A stretch of 64,000 nt of DNA, from assembly GCA_964016885.1 (NCBI GenBank), contig OZ024742.1, forward strand, positions 320,540,001-320,604,000. The letters are read 5' to 3'. Made by a program: the position numbers and the translations under genes. This DNA comes from Eledone cirrhosa. Taxonomy: Eukaryota. The number at the start of each line of letters is the position of its first letter. Positions within the stretch are counted from its first letter, which is position 1. Shown in pieces: positions 1 through 12,900 of this stretch. The notes beneath the pieces are model-generated. The model was not told where the DNA came from. It made no database searches and saw nothing but the letters and a program-made list of their open reading frames with translations.

Positions 1-1
1 T

Positions 2-868
2 AGTGCTAAGTTTAATATTCTGATCGCAGATTTGGTACGAGTGATGAAGAATGTGTCCAGCATGTGCGACCCAACAGAAATGGAAGGACACATCCAACAC
101 TTCATCAACCGCATGCAGTTCTCTGGCTACAACCAAAGAGACAGAGTCAGAGTATACGAAGGAGCCATGGAAAAGTATAAGACCCTCATAGAACTGGACA
201 TGAAAGGAATTTGCCCACTATACAGGAGCAAATCATGGAATAGCTTAGATAGGGCTAGACATAAGATAGGGAAGGCCACATCATGGTACGACAACCAGAG
301 ATATCAGAGTGTCATGTTTGTGGACGCCACCCCTGGAGGGAAATTAGCTAACCAGTGTAGAAAGGCCCTGAGAAAGACCCACTTAAAAATAAAGGTGGTA
401 GAAAAGCCAGGAACCACCATAAAATCCCTGATCAGCAAAACCTACCCTTTTAAGAAAACCCACTGTACCAATAGGAAATGTATCATATGTAAGGTGAACC
501 CCCGGATAAACTGTAAAACTAGAAACGTAGTCTATAGCATAAGATGTACAGAGGGTACTTGCAGAAACACGACAACAACATACATAGGTGAGACAGCTCG
601 TAGCATAGGTGAAAGGATAGACCAACACTGGGGGGAACTAAAAGGACGAAAAAACGGGTCAGTACTATACGAACATGCTAGACAACATCATGACGGTAAC
701 ATAGACAACATAGAAATTAGAATAATATCTAAACATAGGAATGACCCAGCAGATAGGCAAATCAGAGAGGCCAGTGAAATAGAAATTAGAAGACCAAAGC
801 TAAACAGAAAGAATGAGTGGAACAACAACAACACCCAAACAAACAACACTGACCTAAGAGAAGTATAA
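2..868 (+). CDS. Penelope-like element polyprotein C-terminus (GIY-YIG endonuclease), 5'-truncated by the window edge
   Basis: No stop from position 2 to TAA at 866-868; GIY-YIG motif as above. Confidence 0.8.
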   Translation, partial: SAKFNILIADLVRVMKNVSSMCDPTEMEGHIQHFINRMQFSGYNQRDRVRVYEGAMEKYKTLIELDMKGICPLYRSKSWNSLDRARHKIGKATSWYDNQRYQSVMFVDATPGGKLANQCRKALRKTHLKIKVVEKPGTTIKSLISKTYPFKKTHCTNRKCIICKVNPRINCKTRNVVYSIRCTEGTCRNTTTTYIGETARSIGERIDQHWGELKGRKNGSVLYEHARQHHDGNIDNIEIRIISKHRNDPADRQIREASEIEIRRPKLNRKNEWNNNNTQTNNTDLREV

Positions 869-1140
869 ATAAATAAGTAAACTAAATTAAATAAAATAAG
901 ATAAATAAATACATACACAAGCACATAAACACACACTAGTCACCCAGCAGACACAACACTATACACACTAGTCACACATCACACATAACACTATACACAC
1001 ACGCAAACGCATGCGCAAAGAAGACAAAATAAAATAAGATAAACAAACAAGCAAATAAATAAATAAATATATAGACAGACTGAACAAAAAAAAAAAAATG
1101 GCGTAGACATACAACACAACAGGAGGAACAATGAATATAA

Positions 1141-1182
1141 CACCACTGACGATGTTGCAGATGTGCAACGAAAGATTTATGT
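1141..1182 (+). ncRNA. Minimal hammerhead ribozyme-like motif in the Penelope 3' region (stem I weak)
   Basis: CTGACGA T GTTGCA-GATG-TGCAAC GAAA GATTTA; perfect 6-bp stem II. Confidence 0.65.
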
Positions 1183-1390
1183 AAACTATATATATATGTG
1201 TTTGTCTATATTGTATCTGTATTATTTTTGACCACCGGTCAGTCAATGGCAACATTGAGGACCGAGTAAGTTAGATCGCAGATATATATATATAAAAGAC
1301 AGCGAGAAGCGAAAACCAACCAAACAGTGAGTGTGTTCTGTTATTAATTCTGGCAATATTACGCAAATATGACCCTCCCCAAATATAACA

Positions 1391-1925
<535 letters not shown>

Positions 1926-1926
<1 letters not shown>

Positions 1927-2530
1927 CAGGTCACCAGTTGGTGCTACTGGTAACATGTATCCCAGTACAACCTGTCTCATGGTCGGGTCGTTGGCGACTA
2001 AACTGGCAACCCCACCAAGGTTTCTTGGTGAGGAGGGTGACTTTGGACATCCTGCAGGACTAAAAACAAAACCTGTCAAAGGGCAAGGGAGCTCTTAAGA
2101 GTCAATAGCCATCCAAAATCACCGGGAGAGATGACCCCTTAGCCTTTGTCAAGGCAGAATTCTAGGAGAAGGAAAACTCTGATATAACACCTGCAATCCT
2201 GATGGTATCCAATGATGTTGACCTGTTCTTCTTTTTGGTAAATATCATCTTGGTTAAGAGAGTGGGACTGGCTTTGTGCAGTGCCTTTGCTCACTATAAA
2301 AGCTTCACAGCACAGGCATTGCTTTATATCTGGAGATCTCTCTGCACTTGTCATCACATGGTACCATGGGCCCTGCACTATGTGTCAATAATGGTCACAA
2401 GTGTAGTCTTTGTACCAGAGTTTTCAAGTCGCTGGCTGGACTAAAGTCACATTCGTTCAGCGCATCGGTAGGGGTTCTCCTACATGGATATAAAGTAGTG
2501 GCCGTACTCGAAAACGAGTTGGCAGCCACC
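1926..2530 (+). mobile_element. Non-autonomous RTE-related element (probable 5' UTR joined to zinc-finger remnant and RTE 3' tail)
   Basis: Body shared with 26797-27372; remnant [17 protein letters not shown]; tail GGCCGTACTCGAAAACGAG matches RTE tail at 42597-42630. Confidence 0.65.
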
Positions 2531-4078
<1,548 letters not shown>

Positions 4079-4099
4079 ATCTCCCATGAGGACAGGCTG

Positions 4100-4335
4100 A
4101 AGTATACATCCAGTGAAGCCTCTAGCCCACACTGTAAAGTGGTCGTGTAGGTGTCATGACAAAAAGCATCCAGTACTCTCTGTAAATGAGATTGCTGTAG
4201 AAACCAAGCCAGAATTAGTTCTGTATGACCATGACATGGACACCTGACCTGGCATTGTTTACAACAGGACAACTCGTCTAAACCATGCTAGTGTGATAAA
4301 AGGGACGTTAAACGGTGATGATGATGATGATAATA
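4100..4335 (+). mobile_element. SINE / RTE-tail fragment ending in (GAT)n
   Basis: CCCACACTGTAAAGTGG...AACCATGCTAGTGTG...GACGTTAAACGGTGATGATG, shared with 6470-6783 and 15330-15556. Confidence 0.75.
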
Positions 4336-5786
4336 ATACATACACATAAGTGTATTGCTTTTTTCATTTTTGGAGGTGCAGACGTTCATAATTTTCCGAC
4401 AAAAATGTCTAATTTTAGAAAGTACTCTAGGTGCATTTTTTGCAACATCAGCACAACCACTTTACAGACTTGATGAGGTATATTCTATGAAGGCAGCAAC
4501 ACTAACAATTTATAGGGTGCACTATGTATATATACACACACATAAATATATTGACAGTGGTAGAAAAAGAAATCGACAAGAGAAAGAGAATATGAAAGAA
4601 AGGCAAACTTATTTTAAAACTTCAAATTTACTACCTGTTTTTAAAAACGCAATTTCAAAATAATGAAAATAATAATAAGGTAGAAATCGAATATGTCATT
4701 ATTTTTATGTATTCTTTGTATAAAACAAGAAATGTTCTCTATAAGATGACGGATCAATCATTATTATAACATCTTTTATTACGTTTCGTGTAATTAAAAT
4801 AAACGTTGATTTAAAAAAAAAAAAACAGAATTAGTTGTTTAGTTTACACATATTGAGACCCCCAACCCATCCATATTACTTAAAATAAAATTTCGCCAGA
4901 GATAGATTAGCAAAATATAATAAGCAAGGGGCTTGGAAAAAATCTGAAAAATTAATAAGCCGGGGTATTTGAGACTCGAGAGTATGCTGTATCGAATTAA
5001 AATTTAAAATTAAGAATGATAATTCTGGACAGGCATAAAAAAGATCAGGAGAGTTACCGCCCTTGCCTTTAAAAAAAAACTTAATGTATGTGTTATTTTT
5101 GTAACTTTTTAACTGATTACAACCATGCTGGAACAGCATATATATATATACACACATACATTCCTTGACCAAGGAAATAATGTTTGCATTGGTCTTTCTA
5201 TTGCTGATATTATCAGTCGGTCACAACTGGCAGAAGGAGGTAGGATTTGAACTTAGAATGCACAAAGCCAGATGAAATACCACAAAGTATCCTGTTCGAT
5301 TCTTTTAAAAATTTCACCAATCTGCCTTGTGTGGTACTTTATTGACCCTGAAAGGATGAAAGCTAAGTTGACCTCAGCAGGATTTAAACTGATAGTGCTG
5401 AGAGCTGAACCAAATGCTCTAATAACTTTGCCAATTCACTGCTAACAGTAAAATAGTATACACAGAAATTAGCAGCATCAATAACAACAACGGTCACATC
5501 ATCCTCCATGGCATAATCATATCAAATACTCACACAGCAAATAAATAGTCTTCCATTTTCTCCAAACCATAGAGATATAGGGTTTGTAGGGTTTTTGTGA
5601 ATGAGCACAGTGTGGCCTTATAAATTAAATGGATGAATAGAAAACAATATTCATGGATGACTACTGCATAAAAAGTAGATGCTAGAATACTTGATGTAGC
5701 AAGCCAAGCCATTTTAATTAGCAAAAATCACACACTTACTGGTGTGAGCTGTTATTTTATGACAAAATATACATATTTATTCTTTA

Positions 5787-6783
5787 AGGGCCCTGTAGAA
5801 ACAGTAGACAGCTTCTGCTACCTAGGTGACCGAATTAGCAACGGAGGTGGGTGCTCAGAAAGTACAATAACTAGGGTAAGAACGGGATGGAAGAAGTTTA
5901 GGGAACTACTACCACTGCTAGCTGCAAAAGGCTTCTCCCTCAGAATGAAAGGCAGACTGTATGATGCGTGTATCCGAACAGCGATGTTGCATGGTAGTGA
6001 GACCTGGGCGCTGAAGGTGGAAGACTTACGTAGATTAGAGAGAAACGAAGCCTGCATGCTCCGATGGATGTGTAACAGTAATATACGTGAACGACAAAGC
6101 ATAAAGGAATTGAGAGAGAGACTGAGCATAAGAGGAATCAAATGCTGCGTACAGGAGAGGCGGTTACGCTGGTATGGACATGTGATGCGTATGAAGGATG
6201 ACAGCTGCATAAAAAGGTGCAGAGCACTAGAAGTTGATGGAAACCGCGGAGTGGGGAGACCCAAGATGACTTGGGATGAGGTGATAAAAGCCGACCTTAC
6301 CCAACTACACCTCTCAAAGTCAATGACACACGACCGTGACTTCTGGCGTCACGCAGTAATACAGGGTACCCGACCTCCCATGGGTACATGCTGAAGCATA
6401 TAAACAATATGCCCCCCCCCCCCCCCCCCCCACCGCAAGGTGGTCGTGGAGGTGCCACGGCAAAAAAGCACCCAGCCCACACTGTAAAGTGGACGTGTAG
6501 GCGCCACGAAAAAGCACCCACCACTCGTGGAGGTGCCACGGCAAAAAAGCACCCAGCCCACACTGTAAAGTGGACGTGTAGGCGCCACGAAAAAGCACCC
6601 AGCACTCACTGTAAATGAGGTTGGTGTTAGGAAGGGCATCCAGCTGTAGAAATCAAGCCAGATCAGTTCCTGTATGAGCAAGGCATGGTCAGCCGACCAG
6701 ACACTGCCCACAACAGGACAACCCGTCTAACCCATGCTAGCGTGGAAGAACGGACGTAAAACGGTGATGATGATGATGATGAT
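5787..6783 (+). mobile_element. RTE-clade LINE, 5'-truncated (RT C-terminus and 3' UTR with (GAT)n tail)
   Basis: VDSFCYLGD...LYDACIRTAMLHGSETW...RLRWYGHVMR...GRPKMTWDEV; the 3' UTR is also present in the copy at 13417-14512. Confidence 0.9.
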
Positions 6784-6864
6784 TTCTATTCATTTGTCTT
6801 TTTCTCAATCCTTTTGTAATTTATATACTATTTTTTACATGTATAAATCTCTTTTTCTTCTCAG

Positions 6865-6935
6865 TATGGTCTCAGCAAACTAAAGCTCCACTTCAGAATT
6901 CGGTTGACAAACCATCTATATGAGAAATATCTAAA
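6865..6935 (+). CDS. ABCD3: ABCD3 exon ([23 protein letters not shown])
   Basis: ttctcag|TATGGT...CTAAA|gtaag. Confidence 0.9.
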
Positions 6936-9900
6936 GTAAGTTTAATTATGTTAACTGTTATACATGCACACACACACACACATGCACATACACACACACA
7001 TATATATATATACCTAATGGGTTGATGCACAGTTACTGCCTACCAAATTTCTGTCTTAAGATTTTGGTTGAACTGAAGCTATGATAGATAAGACTTGCCC
7101 AAGTTGCCATATAGTGATATTGAACTTGGAACAATGTTGTTGCAATGCAAAGCAAACGTCTTAACCACACAGTCATGTCTTCTATATATATCATAGGGCT
7201 CTGATTCTCTCTGGGAAATGGCCATGTTCAGTATGCAGGAAAGGAGTAGGTAGAAATTCCATCTTATGTACAAAATATAAGCTTTGGGCACACAAAAGAT
7301 GTAGTGGGACCATAAATGGCTAGCAAAGAATGTGGAGGTTGGGGTGCTGAAAGTACAGTAATCATAGAAAAAGCACTCAGTTCGCCCATAAGGTGGTCGT
7401 GCTGGTACCACAACAAAAAAAGCACTCAGTCCACCCTGTCAGATGGTCGTTTTGTGACATGGCTGGCATTAGGAAATCCAGCCATAGAAACCAAGCCCAA
7501 AACAGATCTGTATGAGCAATACATGGTCACCTGAGCTGAATTGTCTCATAAAGTGACAACCCGTCTAAGGCATGCAATCATGGTAGTGGTAGTGGTGGTG
7601 GTGGTGGTGGTGGTGGTGGTGGTGGTGGTGGTGGTGATATAAATATAATATTAAGAATGGTTTGCCAAAAAGAACAGAAAAATACCACAGTTAAATAAGG
7701 TACTGAATGCTTTAGTAGAGAAGGTACAAATTTATTTCATATAGAAATGACTTCTACAGGACTAGAACTGTTGTCAGAATTTCAATATGTATATATATTT
7801 ATTCATATATTATTTTGCTTCTATATCTTCAGGGGTTTCACATTCTACAAGATGAGTAACCTGGATAATCGTATTTGTAACCCTGACCAACTACTCACCC
7901 AAGATGTAGAGAAATTTTGTAACTCTGTAGCTGATTTGTATTCCAACTTAAGCAAGGTTAGTGGCAGATATATTCTTTCCATATTTTTTACCATTTCAGA
8001 TTTTTATGAATAGCTTTACCTGTTTGTTATGAATAGCTTTACCAATTGAAATATTTAATGAGAAGTATGTGTGTGTGTGTGTGTAAGTTTGTGTTTTTGT
8101 GTCTGTGTGTATACATCTGTGCATATGCATCACATTAAAAAATTAACTGCTTCACATACTGCAAATTTTCACAACAATCTATCCACAAATAAAGATACTA
8201 TAAATATTTGAATTAATCCTGTTTTTAGATATTTTCTGCAAAATTATTACAGGATGTTAAGAGTTAATACTTAATATTTTCTGTCTTTACAGCCTGTTAT
8301 GGATGTAATAATCTACAGTCTAAAATTGACCAATAGTATTGGAATTCAGGTAAGAAAAACTTGGTTATAATCAAAAGCTTTGATTTTTTGAAAATAACAA
8401 ACAAATATATATATATATATATATGTACACACACACATTCATACATTAGATGATTCAGTAGATTTGTGGTTTACTGAGGAAGGTACCAATATTAGCACTC
8501 TATGCTATAACAGAGTGTATATAATAGGAACAAAACAGTGTTTCACATTTAGGTTTTTATTGATTTAAGCTCAGTTACAAACATTTGTAACTAAATGTGA
8601 AACCGCATGCTAGCATGGGAAAATGGGCGTTAAATGGTGATGATAATAATGAAAAATTATGGAAAAAAGCAAAACCAGAAAACAACACATTACAATAATT
8701 GTATATTAGTATAATGCTTATAAGTTAGAAAAGAGTTTATCATTTAGATGCTAGTCCTTCATCAGAAGGTAGATACAGGGAGAATGAATATTTTAGAAAG
8801 AAGAAAAAGGAAAAAAAACAAGGAAATAAAAGGACAATTTAGAAAAAATATGGGAGAGAAAACAACCCATGTAATTACTTACCAGACATGTATATATATA
8901 TATAACAGTGTAGTTAATATGAAGCATTATGAGATATGTAGTAAAAAACCGACTTAAAAAAGTTTATCAGCCTTTATCTACATATATATACACTAGCAAT
9001 AATTGTTTCTACTTTAGGCACAAGGCCAGCAATTACCCAGTGCATTACTGGTACTTTATTTTATCGACCCCGTAAGGATGAAAGGCAAAGTCAACCTCGG
9101 CGGGATTTGAACTCAGATCGTAGCAATAATGATAGATAAATATAATAATAATAATATTAATAGGAAACAAAACAAAACAAACTTAAAGCTGCTTTCTTTT
9201 AAACATGGTATTAGTTTCATCTGGTTAAAATTCATTTCAGAACCACATGATTTCAAGTTCAATCCTATATTGCATGGCAAATTCTAGATTATTCTCATAA
9301 TTAATTTGAAAAAAAAAGTATAGGCTAAATAATGAACAGGTTAAAATATGATTAAGTTGATTCACTATTTTTCTTCTGTCACTGTTTTAGGGTCCAGCAA
9401 CAATGTTATTGTACCTAGCATTATCAGGCTTACTCCTTACTCGGTAAGTAAAAACTGATCAGTTAAAGCTTTTTCCCTTCCTAAGTCCTTCTTTGTTTTT
9501 CATCTCAACATATGCCCTTTGAGTCCTCCCAACCTCTGCTATCCTTTCTAACTACTTTCAAATTCTTACTATTTTTCTTTGTTTCTCTATGCTGTATTCT
9601 ATTTAGAATAAAATCACCATATCCTTGTATGTTGCAGGAAGTGACTAAAAGGGTTGGCACCAGGAAGAGCATCTAGTTGTAAAACATTGCCTTAGAAAAG
9701 ACACCATGATAAAAGGCTTGTTATGGGGCTTGCAAAGCTAACCCCTATTTTAGTGGGGAAAATGACTTTAAGACTTTTGTTGCTTCTTCATTCTTTTATC
9801 TTCTCAAGTATGACTTTGATCAGATCATGTCCACAGTGTCTCAGACAGAGAGCCTTCCTTGCTCCGTACAGACTGGTTTGTTTATTAGTGTCTCAGACAG

Positions 9901-12900
9901 ATAGCCTTCCTTAGGACAGACTGGTTTGTTTTGTTTTCTGTTGATTAAACCAGTAAAAGAACAAGACTTTGCTATGACTATGTAAAAATGACATAGTGTA
10001 GAGGAGACAGTTTAGTCTTGATAGATAATGTTTTTTTGTGCTGGTGGCATGAAAAATGCACCCAGACCACACTGTCAAATGGTTGGTGATAGAAAGGGCA
10101 TCCAGCCAATATAACCATGCCAAAACTATCAATAGAAAACATTGATCAGTGTTTTTAAGTCCATTTTCCTGGCTACAGCAGGGGTACTCCTTGGGGGTCT
10201 TGTGGCAAGCTTCTTCATTTTGCCCCTTCGTATTTCTCTCTTCTCATCAATCTGCTAGCTTTCATTTCCTCTGTCATTTTTAGCTGTATTTACCTTAGTT
10301 TTTCTCCCTCCTCTATGTATTTCCTTTTACCCAGTCCCTTTCATCCTTCCTTAACACATGATCGAGCCATCTCATTCTATTTCTCTTCACAACATTCATC
10401 ACTCTCACCAATTCATTGTTTATCTTCATCTCTTTGAGAGATACGCCACTCATCCACAGAACAGTTCTCATTCTCCTTGGTTTCTGGCCTTCTCTGCTGT
10501 TCCACGTTCATCACTTATGTCTTACTCCCATAAATCATGGTATTTCTCACACATGCAGCATATACCTTTCCCTTCACTTCCAGTAACCCCCCTTCATTAG
10601 CTTGCTATTCACTTCCTGGAACTGCTTCCAAATCTTCAACATATAAGCTATTTTACTTCTTCTTTTCCTATTCAGTGTACGGCGTCCAGTTGCTAAGCTG
10701 ACCATGAAGGAACAGCGTCTGGAAGGAGAGTATAGATATGTAAACACCAGGTTAATCACCAACAGGTAAATCAAAATTGAGGATATTTTATTCCATTATT
10801 TCATGTTAAAATATGAAAATATATATAGATATATTCATCATCATCATCGTTTAATGTCCATTTTTCCATGCTAGCATGTTATTGTCAGTTTTGTAGATTT
10901 TTATCCTTTAATACTTCTAATTGTATTGTATTGAAAAATACATGTAAAATGGATGTAAAGCGATGATGATGATATAAATGTGGTTGGCGTTTGGGAGGGC
11001 ATTTAGCTGTAGAAATCTAGCCATCTTATATAAGCAAGACATGGTCACCTGACCCAACTTGCCTCTAATGGGACAAACCCGTCTAGCCCATGCTAGTGTG
11101 GAAAATAGAGGTTAAACGATGATGATCATCATCATCATTTAAGTAAAACTGAACTGAATTACAGCAGTAATATCAGTATTATTTCAATTCAATGTAATTG
11201 TGTCGATGATCACGTCATAAAGAGTGTGACAAAAATTTTGACACCATGAAATAAATAAAAAGTAAATAATAGTTTTAGTTTGGTTTTTGTGATGGCTAAA
11301 ATAATGCTTTCATAATGTGATTGATTCACTTAATTAGCTAGAACTTATCCTGGTTTAACGAGGTATTAAATGACTGAACATACAAAACTCCTGCCAGTCA
11401 ATCACACGTTTCACTCACAGCTGTTGCTGCTGCTGCTGGTACTCAAGTACTCATTTTGTTTAGCTGAATGGACTGAAATTCACAAAATAAAGTACTTTTC
11501 TCAAGATCACAATGCACTGCGTGGTCTGAAGATCAAACCCATGACTTTTGGATCATGATCTCAACACCTTAACTACTAGTTCACATAGTTGAGTAGTTTA
11601 ATAGTTAAATATAACACAATGTATATCGTGGTACACTGTTTATCTGCTGTAATAAGAGGTGACTAAAAGGGTTGGTGTCAGGAAAAGGCATCCAGCCGTA
11701 AAATACTGCCTCAAAAAGTCTCATTCAACCCATGCTAGGATGGGAAAACATGTAAAACCAATGATGATGATGGTGAATACAAAATAGTCAGAATTCTTCG
11801 AATGCCTCTACATTTTTTCTGGTGTTTTAATATTGCAGTGAAGAAGTAGCATTCTACCAAGGGAATAAACGGGAACACAATATTATTATTGCAACTTTTA
11901 AAAAAATGGTAAGTTTACATACATTTTATTTTCAGTTTTGTTAATTTTCTTTATATTATCTCCAGTAATTTAACTTAAAATCCTGTACCATATGAAACTC
12001 CATTAGAAAACCATTCTTTAAAAGTAAAAAGTTGTACTATGACTGCATTACATTAGAAATGAAAGTTTCTACTTTTTTTTTTACTGCAAATTTACACAAT
12101 GATCTGTCTACTAGTAAATATATAAACATTTAAATTAACAAATCTGTTTTTAGTTATTTTCTACTAAATCATTACAGAATGTTAAGGGTTAAAGTTTTGT
12201 CCATATTGACCTTGTATTTTCAATTTAGAGCTTGAAGGCAGCAAATTAACACATATGTATATTTGCTAGCAGAGAAAGCTGATGTTAAAACAATGATAAT
12301 GATATATATGTATGTCTATATACATCTGTCATACATTCATGATGTTCTTGTCATTTCCTTCACTCATTGCTTCCTACCCATGATCTCTCATTGGTCAGCT
12401 TGAGGTTATAGTAGGCGGCCCTTGCCCAAAGTCCAACACAGTGGGATCGAACCCTGAAGCATGTAATTACTAAGTGAACATCTTAATCACACAAATGACA
12501 GCACCTCTATATTTGTATATTAAAACGTTTATTTCTTCAATGACATATGACATAATAGTGATATCTTTCCTCCTATATTTTGGCAGGTCAGCCATGCAAA
12601 TTCCTTCATATTCTTCCGAATGCAAATGGGCTTCATTGATAGTATCATTGCCAAATGTAAGTATAATATTATTTTCAAGATGATCTTGTTTAGTTTCAGG
12701 TCATTCCTGATCCTGTGTATCTGTGACCAAACTTTCCGAACCATGATACTATATTCACTTCTGTTCTTCTAGGATCAATGAATCAAATCCCTAAAGTATA
12801 TTACAATAAATTGGCAGAGTTAGTAGAGCATCAAATCCCTAAAATATATTACAGTGAATTGATAGAGTTGATGGGACATCAAATCCCTAAAATATATTAC

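Larger units (their letters stand above)
1..1390 (+). mobile_element. Penelope-like retroelement, 3' part (end of RT, GIY-YIG endonuclease, 3' pseudo-LTR region)
   Basis: Frame open from 2 to 868 with Cys-rich linker and GIY-YIG motif (NVVYSIRC...YIGETARSIGERIDQH...LNRKNEW); followed by a hammerhead-like motif and a terminal segment homologous to 57565-57650 on the - strand. Confidence 0.88.

Noticed and set aside
5195-5500. Possible upstream ABCD3 micro-exons (DIISRSQ; ISSINN)
   Set aside because: Similarity is weak and splice signals or phase do not fit.
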